Translations under genes and position numbers: made by a program | Assembly (NCBI GenBank): GCA_020184695.1 | Contig: JAANOX010000241.1 | Location: 1-64,000, forward strand | DNA length: 64,000 nucleotides | Origin: Histomonas meleagridis 2922-C6/04-290x | Lineage: Eukaryota; Protista; Parabasalia | Reading direction: 5' to 3' | Notes under the pieces: generated by a model | Database searches by the model: none | Told to the model about the DNA's origin: nothing | The model's input: only the letters and a program-made list of their open reading frames with translations | Shown here: positions 23,460 through 35,923 of the stretch, in pieces | Position numbering within the stretch: the stretch's first letter is position 1 | Layout: each line of letters begins with the position of its first letter

Positions 23460-24105
23460 TGTAATATAATATTATTTAATAGAAAAAATGATTGAATAAA
23501 ATCTAATAGATATAAATATTACTAAAACTATTAAATCGGAATATTTTGCACATTATAAAAAAGAAAATTCATTCAATGAAATTAAAAAAATCGATGATGT
23601 TATAGAAAATTATCATGAACTATTAAATAATAAATGGAAATATCAAGATTTTATAGATAATTATGAAGAATTATCAAAGAATGATTGGGAACTTCATAAG
23701 AAATTGATTAAAGAAGGAGTTAATCCAAATGAAATTTCGAAAATAATTCGAAATGATGAAATAGAAAAACTTCAAGAAATATCATCACAGCCAAATTTTG
23801 ATTTAAACAAAACAACCGAACCATCACTTTATGGAAGATGTTCATTTATTAATCAAAACAATGTTACATTAATTGAATATGCAGCATTTTTTGGATCAGT
23901 TAAATGTTTTAAATATTTACTTATGAATGATGCAAAAGTAATTAACACAGGTAAATATGCATTTGCTGGTGGAAATGTTGAAATCATTCAATTATGTGAA
24001 CAAAATCATTCATCGTTCGAATTAACTTTTAAAATTGCAATTCAATTTCATCGAAATGATAATACTGGAAATATTTATTTGTTTTATTTATTATTTTATA
24101 AATAA
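23460..24105 (+). pseudogene. Truncated DUF3447-type ankyrin gene (locus A)
   Basis: YEELSKNDWELHKK..EGVNPNEISKIIRNDEIEKLQE..AAFFGSVKCFKYL; 5'-disrupted, ends before any ankyrin array. Confidence 0.8.
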
Positions 24106-24769
24106 TATATTAGTGATTTTGAAATATAATTTACTAGTTTGATATTTTGGGATATTATTCAGAAACTATCTAATGCAGCATATTAAATAAAGGAAAAAAG
24201 ATTTTATATATTTCTTGAATTTTACAATGATTCATTTTCTAATCTTGAAAGAAATATGAATAACTACCAAATAAAATAAAGCAAATTTATCACCATTCGA
24301 TGCCAAAAATTCAACACTGTTTTTGTTAAACAAACTTTATATATTAATACTAATTTTCCTTAGAATGTGCTAAAATTTTATTGTATTTTATAATTGTATA
24401 TCTTTTTCTTTGTATTCATTCTGTTTTTTTATGGTTCTGAAATTCGAATGATACTTAAAAGATACCAAAAATGATTTATTTTCGTAAATTATATTTCAAC
24501 CATTTTTTCATGATCTTTATTGTCTGGCCAGATTGAATAGTTATCGTATTTTTACAACGAGGAAATTGTGAAGAATACGATAGTCAAATTTGAAAGCATT
24601 GAATTTTCGTTCATAAACCGGTTATGCTATATAAAATAAATTCGTAAACATATCAAAAGTAATTTCAAAGGATATCGCACCAAATTTAGTGCAAAAGTTG
24701 AACTTTTTGACTGTGGATGTTCAATGCCAAAAAAAACAGTATGGTATGTTTTTATATTTAATCATACAA

Positions 24770-25495
24770 TCACCGTGTGGAGGTTTCTTGAGGTGAATTC
24801 GCCAATGGCGATTTCGACCAATTCGTTGGGAGCATTTGGATAGATGGTGAATTTGATTTTAATGGTAAAACTGTAGGGAGAGAACTTTGTATTTTCGGGT
24901 CCCCTTCGAGTTCTTTACGATATCGCATGCATACCTTTTTGTATGCAGCTGGGTTTGTTTCAATCCTTGTTTTAAATAAATCTGATAGTCTTGATGATTC
25001 TCCTGCTGTTGTTGGATTTGATGCGTCTCGTAACTGTTCGAAGACTGCATCAGGGTCTTTAAACTTGTGAGCCCATCCTTTATCAAATCTTTCTCTCAAT
25101 TTGGAAATAACGTCATTTTCCAATTGATAATTTTCTCTAACTACGTACATCTTTTCAGGTTTAGTCTTCTTTTTTAAGACGTGAATAGTATCTCCATCTT
25201 TGATTCCTTGGAATGAAAGAGAAAAGGCTGGAGATAAAATTCGGCCATTACTAATATAAAAAGAGTCTTGTGCATTAACTACATTTGCTATATCATTAAC
25301 TGAGTCAAATGAAGACATAGTTATTGTAGAATTATATGCACCAATCAAATGTATCGTGATGTTTTGTGCACTATCAATTGGTTTTACTTGTGTTGGTATC
25401 ATCATATTTATTGGATGTTGGGGAAGACTACAGCAACGTGAGTTGTGCATCAAGAATAATTGTATATTTCTTTCAGAGGGAGAGATTGTATCCAT
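24770..25495 (-). CDS. Ubiquitin-like domain protein
   Basis: FYISNGRILSPAFSLSFQGIKDGDTIHV matches the UBL core pattern. Confidence 0.65.
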   Translation of the reverse strand: MDTISPSERNIQLFLMHNSRCCSLPQHPINMMIPTQVKPIDSAQNITIHLIGAYNSTITMSSFDSVNDIANVVNAQDSFYISNGRILSPAFSLSFQGIKDGDTIHVLKKKTKPEKMYVVRENYQLENDVISKLRERFDKGWAHKFKDPDAVFEQLRDASNPTTAGESSRLSDLFKTRIETNPAAYKKVCMRYRKELEGDPKIQSSLPTVLPLKSNSPSIQMLPTNWSKSPLANSPQETSTR

Positions 25496-26629
25496 TCAAA
25501 TTATTCACATCTGAAACCGTAATTTTTCCTCAAAAAGTTTATTTTTTGTGAGTATGGGAATGTTGTTTTCCAATGGAAATTTTACTTTAAACGAATTTGT
25601 TTCCAATTTTAAATGGTGCGTGGTCGCGAAACCGCTGTGTGTTAAACGATGCGCAGTAATTTCAATGCAATAAACATAAACTTTTCAATTTACCGGCCAA
25701 CTCTACGGTTCTGGTAAATGTGGTGTGTATACACTTCTTCTCTTTTTGTTCTGAAATCTTATCCAGAGAATTTAACACAAAGACAACGAAACTTACAAAA
25801 ATAAATATGGTCTTATAAGTGAAATCCTGGATTTTATTTTCATTGCTATGTTTTAACGCTAAATAACCTCCATCAAGAAAAGCCTGACTTATTGACCGTT
25901 TAAATTATTTTCAAATTTGTGAAGAAATGTTCTTCAACAGACAAATGGTGATTATTACTGAATATAAAGCAATTTATCAGTTAACACATATATGCTAGCA
26001 TATGTTTTGACATTTTTTTAATTGTTGAATGAAGTGCAATTTTTAGGAGAATAAAAGTCATTGATTATTAAATTAGCCAGCTTTTGACAAGCACTGTTGT
26101 TTTGTGCAAGATAAAATTTATTTCACTTTTTGTGAATATTTACTTTTCTTCGAAGAACGTTAAAATACAACTAAAAGTTCCAATTATCCAAAAAAAATTA
26201 TCTATATAAGTTCGAATGTCCGATTTTAATGGATCAGGAACATATGAATTGGTAAATATATAAGATGATATTATTGTAATTTAAAATTGACAAATTAATG
26301 GTTCGATAGCATTTATCAAAAGCTGTTGTTTCTGATCTCAGAAAGTTCCAAAATCGAAAATTTTACGATTCTCAAATTTTTGTGTGGTTTATTTTCATTG
26401 TTTGAGCGTCATTTCAATTTTATCAAATTTCATATTATTATAATTTCATACAAGCTTTGTTTTCAGTTTCACAGAAATTCTGCATAAATTTATATCAATT
26501 CCAGAATTATTCGAAGTTAAAATTAAAAGATTTTTTTTTCAATTTCACAAGAAAATATTACTTATATTTTTATTTTATGCCTGATGGTGCGCATCATTTT
26601 TTATAGCTTATATCAAATTTGTTCATTTT

Positions 26630-28508
26630 TTGGTAATATTTTTTCAAATAGAAAACGTCGTAAAAATTTTTACGGCTATTTCAATATTTTTATTATTTTT
26701 TATAAACACTGCTGAGACAACATTAACAATTTCTTCTTCTGATGAATTTCCATCAACAGAACAAACAGATGTAACACATATCATAATTGAAGGTATTGTA
26801 ACTGAGATTCCAGCGAATGCATTTAAAGATTGGAATTCTATTATTTCAGTTGTAATTTGTGATTCAGTTTTAACAATTGGATCATATGGTTTTGGACTAT
26901 GTCCTAATTTAAAAACAGCAATTATTGGTGAAAATGTAGTTACAATTAAAGATAATGTATTTGTATCATGTAAAGCTTTATTAAATATCACAATTCCAAA
27001 ATCGGTCACTTCGATTGAAAATTCTGCTTTTGGTGCTTGTGCAAGTCTTAATTTTATTATAGTATCAAATGAAAATTCATATTATTATAACTTAGGAAAT
27101 TCACTTATACTTTGTACTAAATCTATTTCTCAAATCATTTGTTGTCCAGCAAAATGAAACGTTTGAAATTCCAAGTACAGTTACTTCACGAGATCGAGAT
27201 GCATTTTCTTATTGTTGTAATTTAAAATATATCACAATTCCATATTCTGTTACTTCTATTGATATGTTCTGTTTTCTTTCTTGAATATATTTGGAAACAG
27301 TTATTATCGTAAATTTTGCAACAATTAGTGCATTAGTATTTAATAATTGTTATAAACTTAATTGTATAACAATTCCAAGCTCAGTTTCATCCATTTCAAC
27401 AACTAATCCTTTTGTTGGTTGCAGAATTCTTCAATATATCAAAGTTTCAAATGATAATCAAGTTTATTCTAATTATAATGATGACGGAGTTCTGTATGAC
27501 AAAAGTATTACTAAAATTTATGCTTATCCAACTGGAAACCAAACAAAATCATTCGAAATTCCAGCAACTGTAACTACTATTTATAATTATGCATTTACTT
27601 ATTGTACACATTTAGAAACAATTAATTTTGAAGCTAATATAAATGATATTGGAGCTTATGCTTTTCAAAGATGTACTGGTCTAAAATGTATATATTATTA
27701 TGGTGACACAGTGCCTACAGTTCAAACTACATCTTTTGATGGTGTAACAACATCTGTAATGACTGTAAGTACATATCCAAGTGATAAATTTAGTGAACTA
27801 AATGCAGTTGAAGAAACGCTCGATGAATGCCTTCCCCCAACGCAAACATTCACTAAATCGAATACTTTCACCAAATCCAATTTATTTACTAATCCATACA
27901 CATTTACTAAATCAGACACTTTTACTAAGTCAAATACATTCACCAAATCAAGTACTTTTACTAAGTCAAATACATTTACCAATTCGGATACATATACAAA
28001 ATCAAAAGAATTTTCAGATATCAATGATAGTTATACTCACACATTTTTATTAACTTATTTTATTTCATTTACAAAATCATATTTTATTGACAATTCATTC
28101 ACAACTAATACAATATCAATAACTTTAATTGATTCAACTTATACATTTACTGAAGTAAAATTTATTTATTATCAATATAGTATTGTGTTTTATACAACAT
28201 ATTTTAGTGCTTATTCTGGTTTCTATTTGGTTGTGGATGAAAACTTATTTATAAATAGTGATAACAAAACTAATATATACATTATCATAGGAGTAGTAAT
28301 TGGTGTTGTGATAATAATTACGTTACTAATTTTGTTGTTAATAAGATTTAGAAAGAAGAAATTGGACGAAGATGAAGCAAAATCAGAAAGTTTCGAACAT
28401 CCAATAGCAGACACATGCAACAGTTTGACTTCTGGTATTTCTCTTTCGAAAATTGAAGAAGATCCATTTGCTGATGATTTTAATGAAGATAATAAAGTGA
28501 GAATTTGA
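26630..28508 (+). pseudogene. BspA-like (TpLRR) surface protein with S/T stalk, TM and acidic tail; disabled
   Basis: LRR units ITIPKSVTSIENSAFGAC. TTG rather than ATG start, frameshift near 27155, in-frame TGA near 27281; TM IYIIIGVVIGVVIIITLLILLLI. Confidence 0.85.
27846..28007 (+). repeat. Nine 18-nt units encoding TFTKSN-type hexapeptides
   Basis: TFTKSN TFTKSN LFTNPY TFTKSD TFTKSN TFTKSS TFTKSN TFTNSD TYTKSK. Confidence 0.9.
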
Positions 28509-28589
28509 TCTCCTTTTATAATGTAATAATCTTTAATGATTTCAATTCCATGTTTTTTAGTAAATTATCATGTTTTAATTTAGAAACGA

Positions 28590-28860
28590 TTATTTTTGGA
28601 GAAAATGTTACAACGATTGGTGAATCATCAAGTTCATATCAATTAAAAACATTACATTTTCAAACACAGTTGTAACAATTAGAATTTCAGCATATATATC
28701 ATGTTATAATTATAATTTATGTTATAATTTAAGAATATCAACACTTATATTTTCAATAAGAGAAATTGGAGGTTCAGCATTTGGAAATTGATATAATCTT
28801 CAATACATTTATTATAAGAAGATAAAAAATCAAATAACTGTGAAAGTGCATTTAATAAGA
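28590..28860 (+). pseudogene. Degenerate BspA LRR fragments
   Basis: IFGENVTTIGESS and REIGGSAFGN-like remnants. Confidence 0.4.
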
Positions 28861-29023
28861 AAACTTTATCTCTTTGAAAGATAACTAAAACGATATATTC
28901 CAACTAACAATTATCGATCCTTATGATGATCACATGTTTTAATCAGCTAGAATCAATTTCAGCAAATAAACATAAAGTTTATATTATTAATATTATTAAG
29001 TTTATTAACACTTTTTCTATGTG

Positions 29024-31498
29024 TTACCCAAGTTGCACATTTTCTAATTCCGTAATTTTCGGTTTCTTGTCATCCCCCAAAAACGCCGCAGCCAATTTCC
29101 GTATGTCTTCGCTCTCCGAGTCGTCCGCCATCATTTCGATGATATGTTGAAATCTTTCAGCGTTTGCAATCAGGTGCATTTTCGCGCACTCGTGTGATGC
29201 CAACGCGCCCAACAATTTCAACGATTCGAATCGAACTGATGATTTCTTACTATCAGAAAAATGTGATGCTATATCAAATAATGGCTCCCAATATTGATCC
29301 AATGCCATATCCCGACATTTGTATGCGAAAATAAATAAGATTTCAACAGCTAACCGTTGATCATCATCATTAAATGGAAGTTGCAAAACTTTCTGTAAAC
29401 ACCCGCGATTGATAAAACGAACACAATCACTATCTTGGAACTTACGAAATGCCGAATTTAACATCATAAGACCTAAATGTGATCCATTTTGTTTTATCCC
29501 AAAATCAATAAAACGATCTTGGTTAGCAAAAAAGAATGCATCACAAACAGGTATGAAAAGTTCTTTGTCGATAGTTAATATGTTCTCTTCAAACTTATCA
29601 CATACTTCATTCAAATTTCCATGTATTTGTCCTGCAATACAAATGATGAATAAGCTGAACTTTGTGAACAGTCCGTATTCTAATAATTTGGGAATAACAA
29701 AATTAGGAGGAAATCTTGCAAGGATTTCACCTCTAACTCTTCTTACTTGTTGTTCTTCTTCTCCAGGTATAAACAGTAAATCAAACAAAGGGGAAGCAAC
29801 AGTTTCTCTTTGGGTGAAAAAAGATAAGGGCTGAGATCTTAAAATCAATAACGGAGCTAAACGGTCGAAAAGGTCTGTTTCCTTTTTCTGTAGTTTTGAG
29901 ATCAATGCCGATAATAACCGCCTGCTATCGTACAATGTGGCAGATTTCGACATAAAGCTTACAATTATGCCGTTTTTTGGGTCGGCCCAAAATCTCTCTA
30001 AAACAGGTGTTGGGTCTAATAGCATTGTCCCATTTGCCTTGTTAGCCCAATCTTCAACCAATTTCATGACTCTTTCAGCTGATTTTTCAGCTTCTTTTGA
30101 AGGGCCTGCTTGAATAGCTGCGGGAGATTGAGGAGTTGAAACTCCAACAATTGCAGCATCCAAAATTGTTTTTAGTAATTGTTCAGGTTCACTTGTATTC
30201 TTCATAATTTCATTTAAAGAAGCAGAAGCGGTAGCTCTTTTTCTTTCATCTTTATCTCCTAACAATTGTATTAAAGAAGGAACAATAAAAGAAGGAGGCA
30301 CAGAAACAAAAAGCTTTGGGATATCTACACGTACTGTTATAGCCTCATCACCCACAAGTGGCAATAAATTACTTGCGATCATTTGTCGAATCGGCTGATC
30401 AATAGGTCCATTTAATATGCGCGAAAGTAATTCGAGTGAATTTTTACGCGCTACGGGCTTGTCAGAATGTAACAATGGAAACAATTGTGGTACACATGAA
30501 GATGCATTAGCTAATGCCATTTCAGATAAAAACGTGATGGCTATACCAGATAAGTCATCACTTGTTTCGAGAATCTGTGATAGCGATGATGGGTCAAATG
30601 CTGCCGTTTCTTGGCCGTGAATACCAAACTTAAAAAGTGCGCGCGAAATGTTTTGTATTGTTTGATCCTGTGCGGATAAGCATACTGTGATAATGGATGA
30701 GAATTGTGACTTGTCGGATGACAGTGATGAGATTTCACTCCGAATGAGTTCATCAGAAAATCGGCCGATTGATAATCCAAATTCAATCCATGATCGTGGC
30801 TTGTTAAATGGTGAAGAAGCAATCTGGTTCCATGATTCGTGACATTTGTCGGTGGATGGTGGAATATCTGTGCGTAAAAGTGGAATGTATGATAATATTG
30901 TTTGATCATATGGATCGGATTTGAGTAATTTAAGAAGCTCTGTGGAAGAAGCAGATGCAATGGGATGTGAAATTAACATCCAAATTGAATAACGTTCGAC
31001 TAATTTTTGAAGATGTGAATCTGTAACACCACATGCAGAACATAAATATAGTGCTGAGTTGAAAATTTCCATCTCGAAAAATGATGGCTGGTCTGAGGTA
31101 AAAGCTGACACAATTTGAGAAAATAATGGAAGAAGAGATTTAGCATTTGATGATAAACCAAGCGAACGTATCAGAATACTACTTCCCATTGCACGGCGTT
31201 TTTGATCTGGCTTTTCAAGAAAGAGTTCAAACGATTTTTGGATATAACGATCAAATGCTAATGGTGATTTTTCATGTAACCATTGTGCAATATTAAGGTA
31301 TGGGGTTCTACGTGATTTTTTTGTTGTCCTTGTGATTTGTTCACAAATTGGGCCAAGAATTGAAGATGCGTCATTTGAAAAACTTTCTAAAACAGTTTCA
31401 CAAGCAATATCTAAAAATTCCTCTTTACTCCCTTTAAGTTTTGTATGATTCTGTACTAGGATATCAAAAGATTGAGCAACAGATTTTGCTGTTCTCAT
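29024..31498 (-). CDS. HEAT-repeat protein
   Basis: 824 aa; LLHSDKPVARKNSLELL, LVGDEAITVRV, LLGDKDERKRATA HEAT patterns. Confidence 0.75.
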   Translation of the reverse strand: MRTAKSVAQSFDILVQNHTKLKGSKEEFLDIACETVLESFSNDASSILGPICEQITRTTKKSRRTPYLNIAQWLHEKSPLAFDRYIQKSFELFLEKPDQKRRAMGSSILIRSLGLSSNAKSLLPLFSQIVSAFTSDQPSFFEMEIFNSALYLCSACGVTDSHLQKLVERYSIWMLISHPIASASSTELLKLLKSDPYDQTILSYIPLLRTDIPPSTDKCHESWNQIASSPFNKPRSWIEFGLSIGRFSDELIRSEISSLSSDKSQFSSIITVCLSAQDQTIQNISRALFKFGIHGQETAAFDPSSLSQILETSDDLSGIAITFLSEMALANASSCVPQLFPLLHSDKPVARKNSLELLSRILNGPIDQPIRQMIASNLLPLVGDEAITVRVDIPKLFVSVPPSFIVPSLIQLLGDKDERKRATASASLNEIMKNTSEPEQLLKTILDAAIVGVSTPQSPAAIQAGPSKEAEKSAERVMKLVEDWANKANGTMLLDPTPVLERFWADPKNGIIVSFMSKSATLYDSRRLLSALISKLQKKETDLFDRLAPLLILRSQPLSFFTQRETVASPLFDLLFIPGEEEQQVRRVRGEILARFPPNFVIPKLLEYGLFTKFSLFIICIAGQIHGNLNEVCDKFEENILTIDKELFIPVCDAFFFANQDRFIDFGIKQNGSHLGLMMLNSAFRKFQDSDCVRFINRGCLQKVLQLPFNDDDQRLAVEILFIFAYKCRDMALDQYWEPLFDIASHFSDSKKSSVRFESLKLLGALASHECAKMHLIANAERFQHIIEMMADDSESEDIRKLAAAFLGDDKKPKITELENVQLG

Positions 31499-31543
31499 TT
31501 GGCAGAAATATTTTCATTGAATTTATTTGGCTGACCAGTTATC

Positions 31544-31888
31544 ATGGCACGAAACCAACCCGATTTACTCATATGTGGGAAAAGACCTGGACCAGAAATT
31601 GCTCTTCTATGTGATGCTTGCGAAGGTAGGTGTCCAATTTGTGACTCACATGCAAACTTAATAAAACCGCTTCATTTATGTGGAGAATGTTCATTTGGAG
31701 AACTTAAGGAAAGATGTATCATATGCGGAGCTCAAGCAAAGCATGTTGCCTATTGTTGTAGAGATTGTATACTTCTTGGTAAAGATAGAGATGGATGTCC
31801 AAGAATTATTAATGTTGGAATTAGTAGAAATGATAGAGCTTTCGAAAGAAAAAGAATTACTGTTATTCCTGATGCGAATGCATTGTAA
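31544..31888 (+). CDS. PHF5A: PHF5A/Rds3 (SF3b) splicing factor
   Basis: MARNQPDLLIC..CDACEGRCPICDS..CIICG..YCCRDC..DRDGCPRIINVG. Confidence 0.95.
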   Translation: MARNQPDLLICGKRPGPEIALLCDACEGRCPICDSHANLIKPLHLCGECSFGELKERCIICGAQAKHVAYCCRDCILLGKDRDGCPRIINVGISRNDRAFERKRITVIPDANAL

Positions 31889-32399
31889 TATTTATAGAAT
31901 TTTATGTAAACAAAATTTGGTCTAAATGAAAAGAATTTTTTTTTACTAACATTATTTACTTAATTTGATATTCATATTTTTCCTGTTCTTGTTTTTCTTA
32001 TTAAAATATTCAAATTCATAAAAAAAAACAAGTCAAAAAAAATTTTTATTAATTTGTGCACAAAAATTATATAAACTTTCAACCATAATTTACTATAAAA
32101 TGTGATACATCTAACATTTAAAAATGTAAATCAATATTAAAAATAATTGAAACTAATCACAAAAAAGTGATCTTTAATAAATCACTATTATATCATTAAG
32201 TAAATAACATTACATGTTTTAATTCCAAAAAATATTTTACTTTTTCACTAAAACATAGAATCAGGTCTTAACATTTATTTTAATATCAATGTTAAATGTT
32301 TATATGTGTAATCTTTAACATATCCATATCATTATAATTCCTCTTTTTTGATTGATTCAACTATTTCTATCTGACCATTGATTTAAAAAGTATCCAATA

Positions 32400-34017
32400 T
32401 TAGAAATAAACATCAAATTTATTAAAACAAATATCATATTCCATATAAATTCCTTCATATTTATGAAATAATTTAACAATGTCTGTATATCCTCTTTCAG
32501 ATGCAATCATAAGTGCTGTTCTAAATAAAATAAATGTTTTCCAAATATTATTGTATAATGTCAATTTATCAAAATATATTTTATTTAAAACAAATAAGTA
32601 TCTTTAATATTAATATCAATTCCTTCATGTCCAAGAAGTAATTCAACCATTTCTGTATATCCTCTTAGGGATGCGATTATAAGTGCTGTATCAAATAAGT
32701 TAAATAATTTCCAAATATTATTGTATAATGTCAATTTATCAAAATATATTTTATTTAAAACAAATAAATATTTTTCTCATTAATATCAATACCTTCTTTG
32801 TTTATCAATATTTCGACTATTTCATTAAAACATGTTGCTTCTATAAGAATATTAACATTAATATCAATTTCTTCTTGTTCAAGAAGTAATTTAACTATTT
32901 CTGTATTTTCTTCTTGTATTGAATAAATTAAAATTTTTTTTAATAATTTTTAAAAAACCCAAAAATTATCTTGAAACCCAAAGTTATTAAAACAAATTTC
33001 ATTTTTTTAAAATAAATATCAACTGGATTATTTACATCAACATCATAATTTTTAAGAAAATATTTTACAATTTTTGTCTGACCACATTTAACAGCACCAA
33101 CGAATGCATCATCAAATGTATTTCAAATAAACAATATTATTAAAATAAATATCAAATAAAAAAATTAAATAAAATTCGAGTAACCACAAATTAAATTTTT
33201 ATCAAGAAGAAGCTTAACAATGTCAATATAACCGTTTTCAGATGCTACAACAAGTAATTTATAAAATAAGAAAAATTATTAAACAATATTTTAAAATATC
33301 AAATTATTAAAATAAATAAATATTTCATGTAAATATATTTTTCATCAACGATTATTCCATCTTGTTCAAGAAGTAATTTAACTATATCTATATAACCATT
33401 TTCAGATGCTAAAAAAAGTGCTGTTCTAAATGATTTAAATAATTTCCAAATATTCTTTTGAAATCCAAAATTATTAAAATAAATTTTAAATAAAACAAAC
33501 AATCATCTTTAGCATTAATATCAATTCCATTTTGTTCTAGAAAGAATTTAACTACTTCTGTATAACCTTCCATAGATGCATACATAAGTTCTGTAAGAAA
33601 TATTTTAAATAATTCCCAAATACTATTTTGAAAAATCAAATTGCTGATATAAATTTTAAATAATTTAAATAAACATCTTTAGCATAGACATCAAATATCT
33701 TTTGCTCAAAAATTAAATTCATAATCATTTCTTTTTGATAATATCTAGATAAATACATAAATAATGTTTTAAATAAATTATGTAATTTCCAAATATTGTT
33801 TTAGAATATTACATTATTAAAATAAAATTCAAATAAATCAATCAAATATCTAAAAACTTATTAAATTTATGTTTTTCAAGAAGAAATTTAACTATTTCCA
33901 TATTTCCTTTATATTTTGCACTTAAAAGCGCAATTTGAAAAAATTAAAATAATTTCCAAAAGATCTTTTTAAAAATTAAATTATCAAAATAAAATTGAAA
34001 TAAATCTATTAACTATC
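32400..34017 (-). repeat. Spacer-interrupted ankyrin array (locus B)
   Basis: D-position codons at 33675, 33505, 33335 and 32770, 32600 (170-nt period); same spacer consensus as locus E; some units degenerate. Confidence 0.85.
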
Positions 34018-35212
34018 CTTAGTATTAATATTAATGTCATGTTCATAATGTTCATAAATATATTTAACAAGTTCAATATTTCCTGATTTAGAAGCAAAAA
34101 TTAATATGAGTTTTGGAATATTATTATTTCGTAGAAAATGTTTAACAAGATATATATTGCCAATATTTGCTGCTTCATTTATTATAGATTCATCAATTGT
34201 CGTACCTTCTTCTTCTTCTAGAAATGATAAAATTTCATAATTATTGTATAAAACACAAAATTTTCTGAGATCAAATGTTTAAATCATTAAAACAAAGATT
34301 TTTATTCTCATAAAGATATTTAAAGATATCATTTCGATGAAATTCAATTGCAGTTTCATATGCATCTTTAAATGAAGAATGGTTTTGTTCACACAAATGA
34401 ATGATTTCTTCATTTCCACCTGCAACTGCATATTTACCTGTGTTTTCTAATTTTGCACCATTCATAAGTAAATATTTAAAACATTTAACAGATGAAAAAA
34501 ATGCTGCATAATCAATTAATGTAATATTTTCTTGATTAATAAACGAGCATCTTTCATAAAGTGATGGTAAAATATATTGATTAAAATCAAAATTATTTTG
34601 TGATGATAATTCTTGAAGTTTTTCTATTTCATCATTTCGAATTATTTTTGATATTTCATTTGGATTATGTCCTTCTTTAATTAAATTCTTATGAAGTTCC
34701 CAATTATTCTTTGATAGTTCTTCATAATTATCAAAAAATATTTTTTCAGTTATACCTCCATGATATCTCGTTTTATTTTCATTTTTTGTTTTATAGTGTG
34801 CAAAATATTTATTTTTAATGCTTTGAATAACACTTTTATCAATGATATTTTTTTTAATCATTTTATCAATTAAATAATATGATTCTTGTGTGTTAATTCC
34901 AGATATATAATCACCAAATATTTTCAAAATGTTTGGAGAATCTTTATTAAAGTTTTCTTCTTTTATTTGAATTTGTTCTAAATACTCTAAATATAAGTCA
35001 TTTAAATCACTGGACATATATGATGTAGAATTGACTAAATAACTAATAATTAGATTAAATGAAAATGGAAAATTTAAGTCAACTAATTTTAATGTATTTT
35101 CAATTGATGACCCAAAATTTTTATGTGTCAAATTAAAAACTATTTTTTCGAGTTGAGAAAGTAATTGGATATTAGGATCAATATTGATATTTGTTGTTTC
35201 GTTTGAAATCAA
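34018..35212 (-). pseudogene. DUF3447-type ankyrin gene, N-terminal part (locus B)
   Basis: 313-aa ORF 34271-35212, then stop/frameshift before the ESIINEAANIG repeat. Confidence 0.8.
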
Positions 35213-35923
35213 TATGAATTATTTTTACGGTTAAAGCCGATATATCAGTATTCAAATTTTTCATAAAAACTCACATATTTTGCATTGAAATATTGGAGAA
35301 AATTCGGTACAGGAATGGAAAAACCCCCATCTGCCAGAAAAAGTCCCTTCCACCAAGTGGCAAAAAATTAACTCAATTGTTTGCAAAAAGTGCTGTCACA
35401 TTATACCATTCAATTTTGAAGTTTGCTATTTCAAATGAAAATGTTTTTTATTACTTTTCCAAAACTGTAATAATTTTTTTGAATTCATGTTTTAATAAAA
35501 ATTTCAAGCCTTAACCTCAGTTATTCTGTTATAAATTCAGGCGAAACAATTGGCCGCAATTGTTTCAATCAAATCAGTACTACAGTTTTACCGAGACATA
35601 TTTTGGTCCCAACGATCATTAAAAATTATTGAAGTTGGGATCAAACACTAAGCTTTGTTTACTCAAAATTAAACTTTTGTTTATGTTCACAACTTTGTAT
35701 TAATTTAATGTATAAATTTAATGAATAGGACTATTTACAAATCAAATTTCAAATAAAATATCTTTTATAATTTTGAGCTTAAATTATAATATCTATTATA
35801 CCCTGGTGTCGCTCCAATTCGCCGTATTCAAATTTTAAATGCTAGTCAAAATAATTAATAAATGGCATTGAATCGACATCTGAAAGATGCAAGTTAGACC
35901 TGTATTCAGTGGGAAACCACACA

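Noticed and set aside
29409-30960. Antisense or overlapping short ORFs in the track (also within 11-13 kb, 18-20 kb, 62 kb)
   Set aside because: Shadows of long real ORFs, with no recognisable motifs.
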